NCBI GenBank assembly: GCA_001818235.1
Contig: MHJY01000005.1
Span: 19,277 to 83,276 of the forward strand
DNA: 64,000 nt
DNA from: Candidatus Jacksonbacteria bacterium RIFOXYB2_FULL_44_15
Lineage (GTDB): Bacteria > Patescibacteriota > Patescibacteriia > UBA9629
Direction of reading: 5' to 3'
Shown: positions 38,982 through 47,097 of the stretch, piece after piece
How positions within the stretch are numbered: the first letter of the stretch is position 1
Layout of the letters: each line of letters starts with the position of its first letter
Notes under the pieces: generated by a model
Told to the model about the DNA's origin: nothing
What the model saw: only the letters and a program-made list of their open reading frames with translations
The model's database searches: none
Translations under genes and position numbers: made by a program

Positions 38982-39482
38982 TTAAATGCCCTCGTAAATA
39001 TCAAGAGTCTTACCAGTCGGCAAAGTGACGATTGCTTTCTTCCAATTTTTTCGTTTGCCCTTAATGCGTCCAAAGTGCGTGCTTTTTCCTTGACTGGTAA
39101 TAATGTTAATTTTTGTTGGTTTGATATTATAAATTGCAAAAATTGCTTTGGCGATTTCGATTTTATTCGCCTGGGGATGAATTTTGAAAACGTACTTATT
39201 TTCTTTAGTGAAGTGGGTGCTTTTTTCGGTAATATGTGGCGCAAGTAAAATTTCGGCATACTTCGCCGCCTTGGCAATGTTGGTTTTGTCCGCGACTGGT
39301 TTTCCAGCTGGTTTCTTACCGGTGTTTTTGGCGGATGATTTCGCGGCCGCCTTGCGTTGTGGCTTTTGTGGCTTGGTTTCCGCGGCAACGCCATTTTTTT
39401 TCGCGGCTGTTTTATTAACAGTTGCGGAAGGCTGGTTTGATTTATCGGTTAATTTTTTTGTAAATTTTTCGAATAACGCCAT
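38982..39482 (-). CDS. rplW: 50S ribosomal protein L23 with ~75-aa Ala/Lys-rich N-terminal extension
   Basis: C-terminal core LAPHITEKSTHFTKENKYVFKIHPQANKIEIAKAIFAIYNIKPTKINII. Confidence 0.85.
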   Translation of the reverse strand: MALFEKFTKKLTDKSNQPSATVNKTAAKKNGVAAETKPQKPQRKAAAKSSAKNTGKKPAGKPVADKTNIAKAAKYAEILLAPHITEKSTHFTKENKYVFKIHPQANKIEIAKAIFAIYNIKPTKINIITSQGKSTHFGRIKGKRKNWKKAIVTLPTGKTLDIYEGI

Positions 39483-39491
39483 ATTATTTTA

Positions 39492-40145
39492 TTAATTTTT
39501 TTGCGTTGCGCCCGTGTTCGCGGCGTGAGTTTTTTCGATTCTTTCGACACCCTTAACCGTGGTTAGTAAAGTGTCCGCCCAAAGCAATTCGCGCACATTT
39601 AAGCTGTCCGCCGCGGTTAGCTTAATTTTTTTGATTTGGCGGGCGGATTTAACGATCTTATCATCTTTGACCGGTAAACTGAGTAATATTTTTTTATCAT
39701 TAATTTTAAGATTTTTAAATAAATCAACAATATTTTTGGTTTTAATAACATCAAAAGACAATTGTTCCAAAATTATCAGCGCCTTTTCGTTCACTTTTTC
39801 GCTTAAGGCCATCATCAAAGCTTGCGTTTTAACCTTTTGATTGACTTTTATCTTAAAATTACGCGTATTAAGCGGCCCAAACGTAATGCCTCCACCGCGC
39901 CATAGCGGCGAGCGAATTGAACCATGACGCGCGCGGCCGGTGCCTTTTTGCTTCCATGGTTTCTTGCCGCCACCGCGCACTTCCCCGCGTGTTTTAGTAT
40001 GAGCGACATTAACGCGGCTATTGGCTTGTTGCGCGACGATGACTTGATGCAAGATCCAAGATTTCGTTTTAACTCCAAAAATTTTCGGATTTAACGATAT
40101 TTTCCCAGTTTCATGCCCCTCAATGTTGTAAATAGGTAAATTCAT
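39492..40145 (-). CDS. rplD: 50S ribosomal protein L4
   Basis: Operon position. ...RGGGKKPWKQKGTGRARHGSIRSP.. Confidence 0.9.
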   Translation of the reverse strand: MNLPIYNIEGHETGKISLNPKIFGVKTKSWILHQVIVAQQANSRVNVAHTKTRGEVRGGGKKPWKQKGTGRARHGSIRSPLWRGGGITFGPLNTRNFKIKVNQKVKTQALMMALSEKVNEKALIILEQLSFDVIKTKNIVDLFKNLKINDKKILLSLPVKDDKIVKSARQIKKIKLTAADSLNVRELLWADTLLTTVKGVERIEKTHAANTGATQKN

Positions 40146-40169
40146 TTTAATTTTCTTGCGGAAAGTGCA

Positions 40170-40796
40170 TTAAACGCTATTTTTAATCTTTAATAAAGTT
40201 CCGCGCGGACCGGCGATCGCTCCTTTTAAAAAAAGCTCATTTTTTTCCGGCTCAATTTTAATAATTTCTAAATTTTGCACTGTTATTTGGGTAAATCCCA
40301 TGTGCCCGCCCATGCGTTTTCCGAGAAAAACGCGTTGGGCATCGGTTGCGCCGATAGAGCCAGGCATCCGCGACTGATCTTTATGCCCATGCGTAGCCGG
40401 ATGGCCGTGAAAACCATGACGTCGAACCACACCCTGAAAACCTTTGCCTTTTGAGACGCTGGTTACTTTAACTTTTTCTCCGGCAATAAACATGTCCACG
40501 GTAATTTTTTCTCCAACCTGAAATGCTTGCTCTTTAATCCCTTTGGGAATTCGAAATTCGCGCAAAGTATTTAAATTTTTGCTGCATTTTTTTAAATGAC
40601 CGCGTTCGGGTTTACTTATGCGAGTGGCCGCAGTCTCCCCAAAACCCAGCTGAATTGCCTGGTAACCTTCTTTAGCTGAAGACTTTATTTGCGTTACATA
40701 ACACGGGCCAGCTTGAACTCGCGTTATCGGGATTAGCCGTCCGGTGGGGCTGAATATTTGGGTCATATTAAGTTTTTTGCCTAAAATGTATTTCAT
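40170..40796 (-). CDS. rplC: 50S ribosomal protein L3
   Basis: MKYILGKKLNMTQIFSPTGRLIPITRVQ.. Confidence 0.9.
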   Translation of the reverse strand: MKYILGKKLNMTQIFSPTGRLIPITRVQAGPCYVTQIKSSAKEGYQAIQLGFGETAATRISKPERGHLKKCSKNLNTLREFRIPKGIKEQAFQVGEKITVDMFIAGEKVKVTSVSKGKGFQGVVRRHGFHGHPATHGHKDQSRMPGSIGATDAQRVFLGKRMGGHMGFTQITVQNLEIIKIEPEKNELFLKGAIAGPRGTLLKIKNSV

Positions 40797-40801
40797 GCCG
40801 A

Positions 40802-41356
40802 TTACATTTTAATTTCGATATCGACGCCGGCTGGTAAGTTTAAATTTTGCATATCTTCCATAGTTTTGGCCGTCGGTTCGTAAATGTCAATTAAGCGTTT
40901 ATGCGTTCTGATTTCGTATTGGTCGCGCGCGTCCTTATGAACAAAAGTGGAGCGGAGGACAGTAAATTTTTTTATGTCCATCGGCAAAGGAATCGGTCCG
41001 ACTACTTCCGCGCCGCTGCGCCTGGCTGTATCGATAATCGTTTTTGTTGATTTATCGATAACTTTATGATCGTAAGCCATTATTTTAATCCGAATTCTAG
41101 TTTTTGCTTTTTCTTCCTTTTCTTTGCGAGCGGGAGCGGGCTTCTTGTGGCTTTTCAAGTTTTCTTTTGGTTTTGAATCAGCCGGAATTTTTTCGTTATC
41201 ATCGGCAACAACTGGAGCGGCAACCGCGATTGCGCTATTTTTTTTGATATTTTTAACTTTGGGCTTACGCGCGCTAGTAACTTTTTCGGGCATAGCTTCG
41301 GCGGTGGTAGGTTCCGTTGTAGTTGTATTAGTAGAAGTGGTTTTTTTATCTGCCAT
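40802..41356 (-). CDS. rpsJ: 30S ribosomal protein S10 with ~85-aa low-complexity basic N-terminal extension
   Basis: C-terminal core [38 protein letters not shown]. Start ambiguous (MADKK chosen). Confidence 0.85.
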   Translation of the reverse strand: MADKKTTSTNTTTTEPTTAEAMPEKVTSARKPKVKNIKKNSAIAVAAPVVADDNEKIPADSKPKENLKSHKKPAPARKEKEEKAKTRIRIKIMAYDHKVIDKSTKTIIDTARRSGAEVVGPIPLPMDIKKFTVLRSTFVHKDARDQYEIRTHKRLIDIYEPTAKTMEDMQNLNLPAGVDIEIKM

Positions 41357-41412
41357 AGTTCTTCTTCTCATAATCACTCCGCGTAAATAATTTAAGGGAG
41401 TGATAAAATAAG

Positions 41413-41448
41413 GAGCCCCGGTTAAAAAGAGTCGGGGCTCTTTATTTT
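41413..41448. terminator. Hairpin terminator/attenuator between tuf and rpsJ
   Basis: GAGCCCCGG-ttaaaaaga-GTCGGGGCTC with a T-tract on the plus side and UUAUUUUAU on the minus side. Confidence 0.5.
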
Positions 41449-41459
41449 AAGTCTCAAGA

Positions 41460-42653
41460 TTATTTGATAATTTTCGTTACCACGCCACAGCCTACTGTCC
41501 GGCCACCTTCACGAATGGCATAGCGCATTTTTTCTTCCAAAGCTACCGGCATCAGCAATTTTATTTTTAAGCTGACGGTATCTCCAGGCATTACCATTTC
41601 GGTGCCCTCTGGCAATTCGACTTCTCCAGTTACGTCTGTGGTGCGAATGTAAAACTGCGGTTTGTAACCTTTAAAAAACGGAGTATGCCGGCCGCCTTCC
41701 TCTTTGGATAAGACATAAACTTCTGCTTCGAATTCAGTGTGAGGAGTAATTGAGCCGGGTTTAGCGAGTACCATGCCGCGAGAGACTTCATCTTTTTTGG
41801 TGCCGCGCAACAACAAACCAGCATTGTCTCCGGCGCGTCCTTCATCCAGTTGTTTATTAAACATTTCGATGCCGGTTACCACTGTTTTAAAGCTTTTTTC
41901 TCGCATACCAACTATTTCCATTTCTTCGTTTACTTTAACAATACCGCGATCAATTCTGCCGGTTACCACTGTACCGCGACCCTCGATGCTAAATATGTCT
42001 TCTATAGGCATCAGGAAAGGTTTGTCAACGTCTCTCTCCGGTACAGGAATGTATTCATCCATCTGTTTGATTAATTCCAAGATCGGTTTTATTTTTTCCG
42101 CGTCAGTGGGGTTTTGCAGAGCCTGTAAAGCGGAACCGCGGATAATCGGAGTTTTATCACCCGGAAATTCATACTTATTGAGCAAATCGCGAATTTCTTC
42201 CTCCACTAAATCAATTAATTCCGGATCTTCCACTTGGTCAACTTTATTTAAGAAGACGATGATGTAAGGGACGCCGACTTGCCTGGCCAACACAATATGC
42301 TCGCGGGTTTGAGGCATCGGGCCGTCGGCCGCAGACACAACCAAAACCGCTCCGTCCATTTGGGCGGCGCCAGTGATCATGTTTTTTACGTAATCAGCGT
42401 GTCCTGGACAATCAACGTGGGCATAATGCCTTTTATCGGATTCGTATTCAACGTGAGCAGTGGCAATGGTGATTCCGCGTTCGCGCTCTTCTGGAGCATT
42501 ATCTATTTGATCAATTGATTTATCTTGTGCATTTTTCCCTTGTCCGCGTAAAACTTGCAAAATAGCTGCTGTTAATGTGGTTTTGCCATGATCAACGTGT
42601 CCGATTGTTCCGACGTTGACATGGGGTTTTGTACGTTCAAATTTTTCCGCCAT
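41460..42653 (-). CDS. tuf: Elongation factor Tu
   Basis: [26 protein letters not shown]. Confidence 0.95.
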   Translation of the reverse strand: MAEKFERTKPHVNVGTIGHVDHGKTTLTAAILQVLRGQGKNAQDKSIDQIDNAPEERERGITIATAHVEYESDKRHYAHVDCPGHADYVKNMITGAAQMDGAVLVVSAADGPMPQTREHIVLARQVGVPYIIVFLNKVDQVEDPELIDLVEEEIRDLLNKYEFPGDKTPIIRGSALQALQNPTDAEKIKPILELIKQMDEYIPVPERDVDKPFLMPIEDIFSIEGRGTVVTGRIDRGIVKVNEEMEIVGMREKSFKTVVTGIEMFNKQLDEGRAGDNAGLLLRGTKKDEVSRGMVLAKPGSITPHTEFEAEVYVLSKEEGGRHTPFFKGYKPQFYIRTTDVTGEVELPEGTEMVMPGDTVSLKIKLLMPVALEEKMRYAIREGGRTVGCGVVTKIIK

Positions 42654-42770
42654 GATTTACATTTTTACGAAATAACCCCTCCGAATTCATCGCGGAGAGT
42701 TTTACCCAGTTATTTCGCGTATAATTTTAATTATTAAATAAGTGGTTTAAAAATAAGAAAAAAACAATTT

Positions 42771-43184
42771 TTATTCTTCGATTGTTTCCAGATAAAAATT
42801 ATCTTCCTCGTTTGTTGCTTCTTTGTCAAGATCGAAATCGGCTTCTCCATGTTTCGAGTCCTGACAATTGTTTGTCAAAAGAAAACTATTATCCAGCTCA
42901 GGATTAGTTTCTGCCAAATTCCATTGTGCAATATCAAAATTGATTTTAGCTAAAAGTTCATCGCTTGTCAAGTTTTGGGGTGCCTGGGCAATTGCGGAGC
43001 CCCTTGTTTCTAGCTGGTTAATGTTTTCTGGCGAGCTATCGTCACCACTTTTCCGCCTTAATTTTTGGTATGCGCCGTAAGTCATGAGTACGCTTTGCGG
43101 GGCACCTTCTTGGTCGACGATGATTATTTTTTCGCCATCCTCCAGCGGGGAAAGCAATTTAATTGTTTGTATTTGATTTTTCAT
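42771..43184 (-). CDS. Phd/YefM-like antitoxin-fold N-terminal domain with long acidic C-terminal tail; orphan (no toxin partner seen)
   Basis: IKLLSPLEDGEKIIIVDQEGAPQSVLMTYGAYQKL resembles the Phd/YefM fold. Overlaps the pheA 3' end by 26 nt. Confidence 0.35.
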   Translation of the reverse strand: MKNQIQTIKLLSPLEDGEKIIIVDQEGAPQSVLMTYGAYQKLRRKSGDDSSPENINQLETRGSAIAQAPQNLTSDELLAKINFDIAQWNLAETNPELDNSFLLTNNCQDSKHGEADFDLDKEATNEEDNFYLETIEE

Positions 43185-44463
43185 ATTTTTTTTGCGGCGC
43201 CAAGGTAATCGCCAAAGTATCGAGGTAATCTATATAATATCGCAGATCATCGATATTATAATTCGCCAGATCGCGTACCGACACTTCTTTATTTTTTAGA
43301 AGTTTGATGACTATGGCTTGCAGTTGGCGCGACATTTTAAACATTTGTTGATAAGGCTTTACGAGCCCGCTAAAAGGTTTGATTTTGGCCAGCAGTGTCG
43401 CTTCTCTGGATTGATCAAGAATTTGTTGCTGGTGATTAAATTTGTATAAAGCCACTGCCGGGATCAAAAGCGCTCTGGTTAATAGAATTTTTTTGGTGGC
43501 CGGTGAACTGGCGGGCTGGCGGAGAATTTGTTTTTTTAATAATTCCAGCTGTGCCCGGACAAGCGGATGTTGCTGGTTTGCCTTAAAGATTTGTTCGATT
43601 CGTTTAACGTTATAAGTAATGATTGCTTGTCGGTTATAAGTGCCAAGCTGGGGATAACTGCCGAGAACAGTAACTTGCGGATGGATTTTTTTGAGGCGGT
43701 TGAAAAGTTTTTTGGCCAACGGATCCGCGGCATCAACCAATAAATCAATAAAAAAGCCGTATTTCCACGGTTGATGCAGAAGCGGCCGCGATTGGATAGA
43801 GGTTAGGCTGATGGCGTTTTCGGCGAAAGCTTCGAGCAGGTGTTGCAAAGCGCCGACTCGATCATGGATAACCAAATAAAGGCTTGTTTTGGTGGGCAAG
43901 GCATAAGGCGCGATTCCATGCATGGAGGCTTGATTTTGGCCGACCACCCAAAAGCGAGTTAGGTTGTTTTTACTATTGCTGATATTTTTGGCCATTATGG
44001 ACAGCCCGTAAATTTTGGCGGCCGCGCTGGACGCGATCGCGGCGCTTTTCGGCTCATGAGTGGCGATAACAACGGCTTGGGAAGTGGATCCGGTTTCTCT
44101 TTGCGCTACCCCGGGTAAATTGGTTTTCAGCCATTTGCTGGTTTGGGCCAGCGCATGGGGGTGAGAATAAATCACTTTTATTTTATCGAGGCTTGTTTCT
44201 TTGGAGAGCAAGTTTTGAATTACCGGCAGATTAAGCTCAGCGATTACTTTTAATTTTTTTTCCAAAATAAAATCAAGCGTGCGAATAACCATGCCTTCAA
44301 GGGAATTTTCGACTGGCACAATGCCCAAGTTCCCTGGGTTAGCCTGAACCGCCTCCAAAACCTCTTCGATATTATTTTCCGAGATCAGTTGGCTGGGGGC
44401 AAAAAATTGTAGGCCGGCTTGGTGGGTAAAAGAAGCGCCTGGCCCTAAATAATAGACTTGCAT
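43159..44463 (-). CDS. pheA: Prephenate dehydratase (PDT + ACT domains) with ~150-aa C-terminal extension
   Basis: YYLGPGASFTHQA...VPVENSLEGMV (PDT) and SLYLVIHDRVGALQHLLEAF (ACT). Confidence 0.7.
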   Translation of the reverse strand: MQVYYLGPGASFTHQAGLQFFAPSQLISENNIEEVLEAVQANPGNLGIVPVENSLEGMVIRTLDFILEKKLKVIAELNLPVIQNLLSKETSLDKIKVIYSHPHALAQTSKWLKTNLPGVAQRETGSTSQAVVIATHEPKSAAIASSAAAKIYGLSIMAKNISNSKNNLTRFWVVGQNQASMHGIAPYALPTKTSLYLVIHDRVGALQHLLEAFAENAISLTSIQSRPLLHQPWKYGFFIDLLVDAADPLAKKLFNRLKKIHPQVTVLGSYPQLGTYNRQAIITYNVKRIEQIFKANQQHPLVRAQLELLKKQILRQPASSPATKKILLTRALLIPAVALYKFNHQQQILDQSREATLLAKIKPFSGLVKPYQQMFKMSRQLQAIVIKLLKNKEVSVRDLANYNIDDLRYYIDYLDTLAITLAPQKKYEKSNTNN

Positions 44464-44523
44464 ATGTAGTGATTAAAGCATATGATAATTTAGTAATTTA
44501 GTCAAAGTAAATGAGTCAAATTT

Positions 44524-45609
44524 ATGAGCATTAATACCGATATGGCGCAAAAGCCAAAATTGGTTGTTATTCTTGGGCCCACGGCTTCGGGCAAAACGAG
44601 CTTGGCACAGGCGTTGTGTCAAAAATTTTCCGGTTTTATTATTTCCGCTGATTCGCGGCAGGTTTATCGGTATTTGGATATTGGGACAGCAAAAGTAGAG
44701 ACGCCAGCTGATTTACAGTTTTTACGCCGGCAACGGCAAGAAAACTTGGCTGATGGTCGAATTTCCGCGGCAGAATATCTGATCGAGATGCGCGGAATCA
44801 ACAATTATATGATTGATCTGGTAGAGCCGAGTCAGGATTATAATGTGGCGCTGTATCAGAAGGATGTTTATAGCATTTTAATTTCTAATTTTCAATTTCT
44901 AATTTCTAATCAAATTTCAAATTTCAAATTTCAAATGCCTACCTTGCCAACTGGCAGGCGGCAGGCAGGTCAAAAGTCAAATATCTTTTTGGTGGGAGGG
45001 ACGGGTCTCTATATAGATGCGATTGTGGATAACTGGATGTTGCCGGCTGGTGAGCCAGATCTGAAGTTGCGCGAAGTGCTGGAGCGTGAGCTGGAACGCG
45101 ATGGACTTGAGACTCTCTATAATCGCTTGATTAAACTTGATCCAGATTGCGCGTCATTCATTCAAACTAAAAACCCGCGGCGAGTGGTGCGGGCTTTGGA
45201 ATATGTGCTTGCCACTGGAGGCAAATTTTCCGCTGGTCGAGGCAGATCAGAACGTCAATTTAATGTTTTAAAAATCGGTTTTGATTGGCCGAGGCAGGAA
45301 TTGTATCAGCGAATTGATGCCAGCGTGGAGGCGCGAATTAAACTTGGGATGATTGAAGAAGTCGAAGAACTGTTGAAAATGGATGGTTTGAGTTTTGAAC
45401 GTTTACAACAGTTTGGTTTGGAATATCGAGTGATATCAAATTATCTGATAGGAAAAAGCGGATCTTTAGCCGAGCTGATTCAACGGCTCAAATGGGACTC
45501 CCATGCTTATGCCCGTCGCCAGCTCACCTGGTTTCGGCGGGATAAGGAGATTCAGTGGGTCAAAAATGCGGCGGAAGCTGAGAAGTTAGTGGCGGAGTTT
45601 ATTAAATAG
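44524..45609 (+). CDS. miaA: tRNA dimethylallyltransferase
   Basis: LVVILGPTASGKTSLA...IISADSRQVYRYLDIGTAKV...VGGTGLYIDAIV. Contains a ~35-aa repeat-encoded insertion. Confidence 0.85.
   Translation: MSINTDMAQKPKLVVILGPTASGKTSLAQALCQKFSGFIISADSRQVYRYLDIGTAKVETPADLQFLRRQRQENLADGRISAAEYLIEMRGINNYMIDLVEPSQDYNVALYQKDVYSILISNFQFLISNQISNFKFQMPTLPTGRRQAGQKSNIFLVGGTGLYIDAIVDNWMLPAGEPDLKLREVLERELERDGLETLYNRLIKLDPDCASFIQTKNPRRVVRALEYVLATGGKFSAGRGRSERQFNVLKIGFDWPRQELYQRIDASVEARIKLGMIEEVEELLKMDGLSFERLQQFGLEYRVISNYLIGKSGSLAELIQRLKWDSHAYARRQLTWFRRDKEIQWVKNAAEAEKLVAEFIK
44876..44981. repeat. Heptanucleotide AATTTCN / ATTTCAA tandem tracts followed by a GC-rich GGCAGGCGGCAGGCAGG core, inside miaA
   Basis: Seen directly. 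Encodes ILISNFQFLISNQISNFKFQMPTLPTGRRQAGQKS between conserved MiaA blocks. Confidence 0.55.
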
Positions 45610-45610
45610 T

Positions 45611-45657
45611 GGCAAGTATCCCGCCTACGCAAAGGCTTCGGCGGGCAGGCAAGTATC
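45611..45657. repeat. Short element: direct repeats GGCAAGTATC x2 flanking the palindromic GC core CCGCC-tacgcaaaggcttcg-GCGGG, between convergent miaA and tatD
   Basis: Seen directly. Shares the AAGGCTTCGG core with 46332-46393 and 52322-52383, and GGCGGGCAGGC with the pyrC insert. Confidence 0.5.
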
Positions 45658-45666
45658 AAGAACTGG

Positions 45667-46596
45667 TTAATCTTTAATCAAGAAGAATTTTTCCCCATTT
45701 TTTTGCGTCATCTCAATAACTTCAGCCACGCTGATTTTTTTTATGGTAGCAATTTTTTCGGCGACATACTCTACATACAATGGTTCGTTGCGCTGGCCGC
45801 GAAAAGGTTCTGGACTTAAATACGGGCAATCGGTTTCGATCATTAACCGGTCAAGCGGAATTTGGCGGATCGCGTCAATCAAATAGTCGTTAACATTTTT
45901 ATAAGTGATAACGCCGGTTACAGAAATGTAAAAACCAATGTCCAGAAATTTTTGAATGTGCTCAAAGTCGGCTAAACAGCAATGGAGAACGCCGCGAATT
46001 CCGTCATTGCGAGGAATGAGCGAAGCGAATGACGAAGCAATCTCTGATTTTGGGATTGCTTCGCTACGCCTTTCGAACTCCGCTCGCAATGACCGTAACA
46101 AATCATCGTAAGCATCAAACGTATCACCCGTCGGACGGCAGTGAATGACTAAGGGTTTGTTAAGTTCATTAGCCAATTTAACGTGTTCGAGAAATAATTC
46201 GCGTTGAGCGTCATGGTTGTCAGCAACTCTATAATAATCAAGCCCAGTCTCCCCGATCGCCACGACTTTAGGATCACCGGCTAACTCTTTAAATTTTTGA
46301 TAGTCCCAAATGTGAGCCGGATTATTATTTGCATAGATTCCTGCTTTCCCTCCTTCGCACAAGGCTTCGGAAGGGCGCGGCGCAGGAATGACAGAGAGAT
46401 GTGTTGGATGCAAACCGACGGTCGCGAAAATCGGGTCATGTTTAAATTCTTGAGCGATGTCGACAGCTCGCTTCGACGTCGCAAACTCAGTTCCAACCAA
46501 ATTTAAAAACATCCCTTTGGCGAGGGATTTGGTTATTATTTTATGGTAATCTTGGGCGAAGGCTTTAAAGTTTAAATGAGCGTGGGTGTCGTACAT
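45667..46596 (-). CDS. tatD: TatD-family metal-dependent DNase/hydrolase carrying an in-frame 21-aa repeat-element insertion
   Basis: MYDTHAHLNF; ...VAIGETGLDYY. The insertion SVIPAPRPSEALCEGGKAGIY lies between the HP and VVAIGE blocks. Confidence 0.85.
   Translation of the reverse strand: MYDTHAHLNFKAFAQDYHKIITKSLAKGMFLNLVGTEFATSKRAVDIAQEFKHDPIFATVGLHPTHLSVIPAPRPSEALCEGGKAGIYANNNPAHIWDYQKFKELAGDPKVVAIGETGLDYYRVADNHDAQRELFLEHVKLANELNKPLVIHCRPTGDTFDAYDDLLRSLRAEFERRSEAIPKSEIASSFASLIPRNDGIRGVLHCCLADFEHIQKFLDIGFYISVTGVITYKNVNDYLIDAIRQIPLDRLMIETDCPYLSPEPFRGQRNEPLYVEYVAEKIATIKKISVAEVIEMTQKNGEKFFLIKD
46332..46393. repeat. 62-bp palindromic repeat element (copy A) inside the tatD CDS, in frame
   Basis: CATAGATTCCTGC...AAGGCTTCGGAAGGG...GCAGGAATGACA, with terminal inverted repeats. 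About 55/62 identical to copy C at 52322-52383. Confidence 0.65.
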
Positions 46597-46597
46597 T

Positions 46598-47095
46598 TTA
46601 TATCCCCGGTATCGCTATACTTATATATTTTCCGAGCCAAATGAAGAATGGGACTAATCGCGATTCAGATAGTAATTTTGGAAGTTCCGAAGACCATGCG
46701 TAAGCCTGAAAAAAATAAAAGAAAACCGCCATAACCACTATTGAACCGAAAAAAGCGACCAATCCCCCGCCCAAACGATTGACTGTTTTTAAAAGCGGTA
46801 AGTTGAAAATTTTGTTGGCGATTTCCACTGCCAGCGACAAAAACAGCGAAACGAACCAGTAAACGACCACAAAAGCCGCAACTTTCCCGAGCGCGTTATT
46901 ATTAAGAAGATAAGGCGCAAATAGCGGCGCCAATATTTTGGAAAATATTCCGGCCAGAAAGATGCTGACGATAATCGTCGCCAAATTTCCCACCACCCGG
47001 ATAGCGCCGAAAAAGAAACCTAAGCACGTGGCGAAGATCAAAAAAAATATTATCAGAAAATCAAAAATTGAAAGTGAAGTAAATAATTGAGACAT
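46598..47095 (-). CDS. CvpA-family small membrane protein
   Basis: 4 TM helices. MSQLFTSLSIFDFLIIFFLIFATCLG pattern. Confidence 0.5.
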   Translation of the reverse strand: MSQLFTSLSIFDFLIIFFLIFATCLGFFFGAIRVVGNLATIIVSIFLAGIFSKILAPLFAPYLLNNNALGKVAAFVVVYWFVSLFLSLAVEIANKIFNLPLLKTVNRLGGGLVAFFGSIVVMAVFFYFFQAYAWSSELPKLLSESRLVPFFIWLGKYISIAIPGI

Positions 47096-47097
47096 AG

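Noticed and set aside
36838-39495. Numerous short ORFs (60-166 aa) on both strands inside the ribosomal protein genes, for example 38924-39394, 39184-39495, 39848-40078
   Set aside because: Shadow ORFs of highly conserved r-protein genes. The 38982-39482 frame (L23) is the one with a recognisable conserved core.
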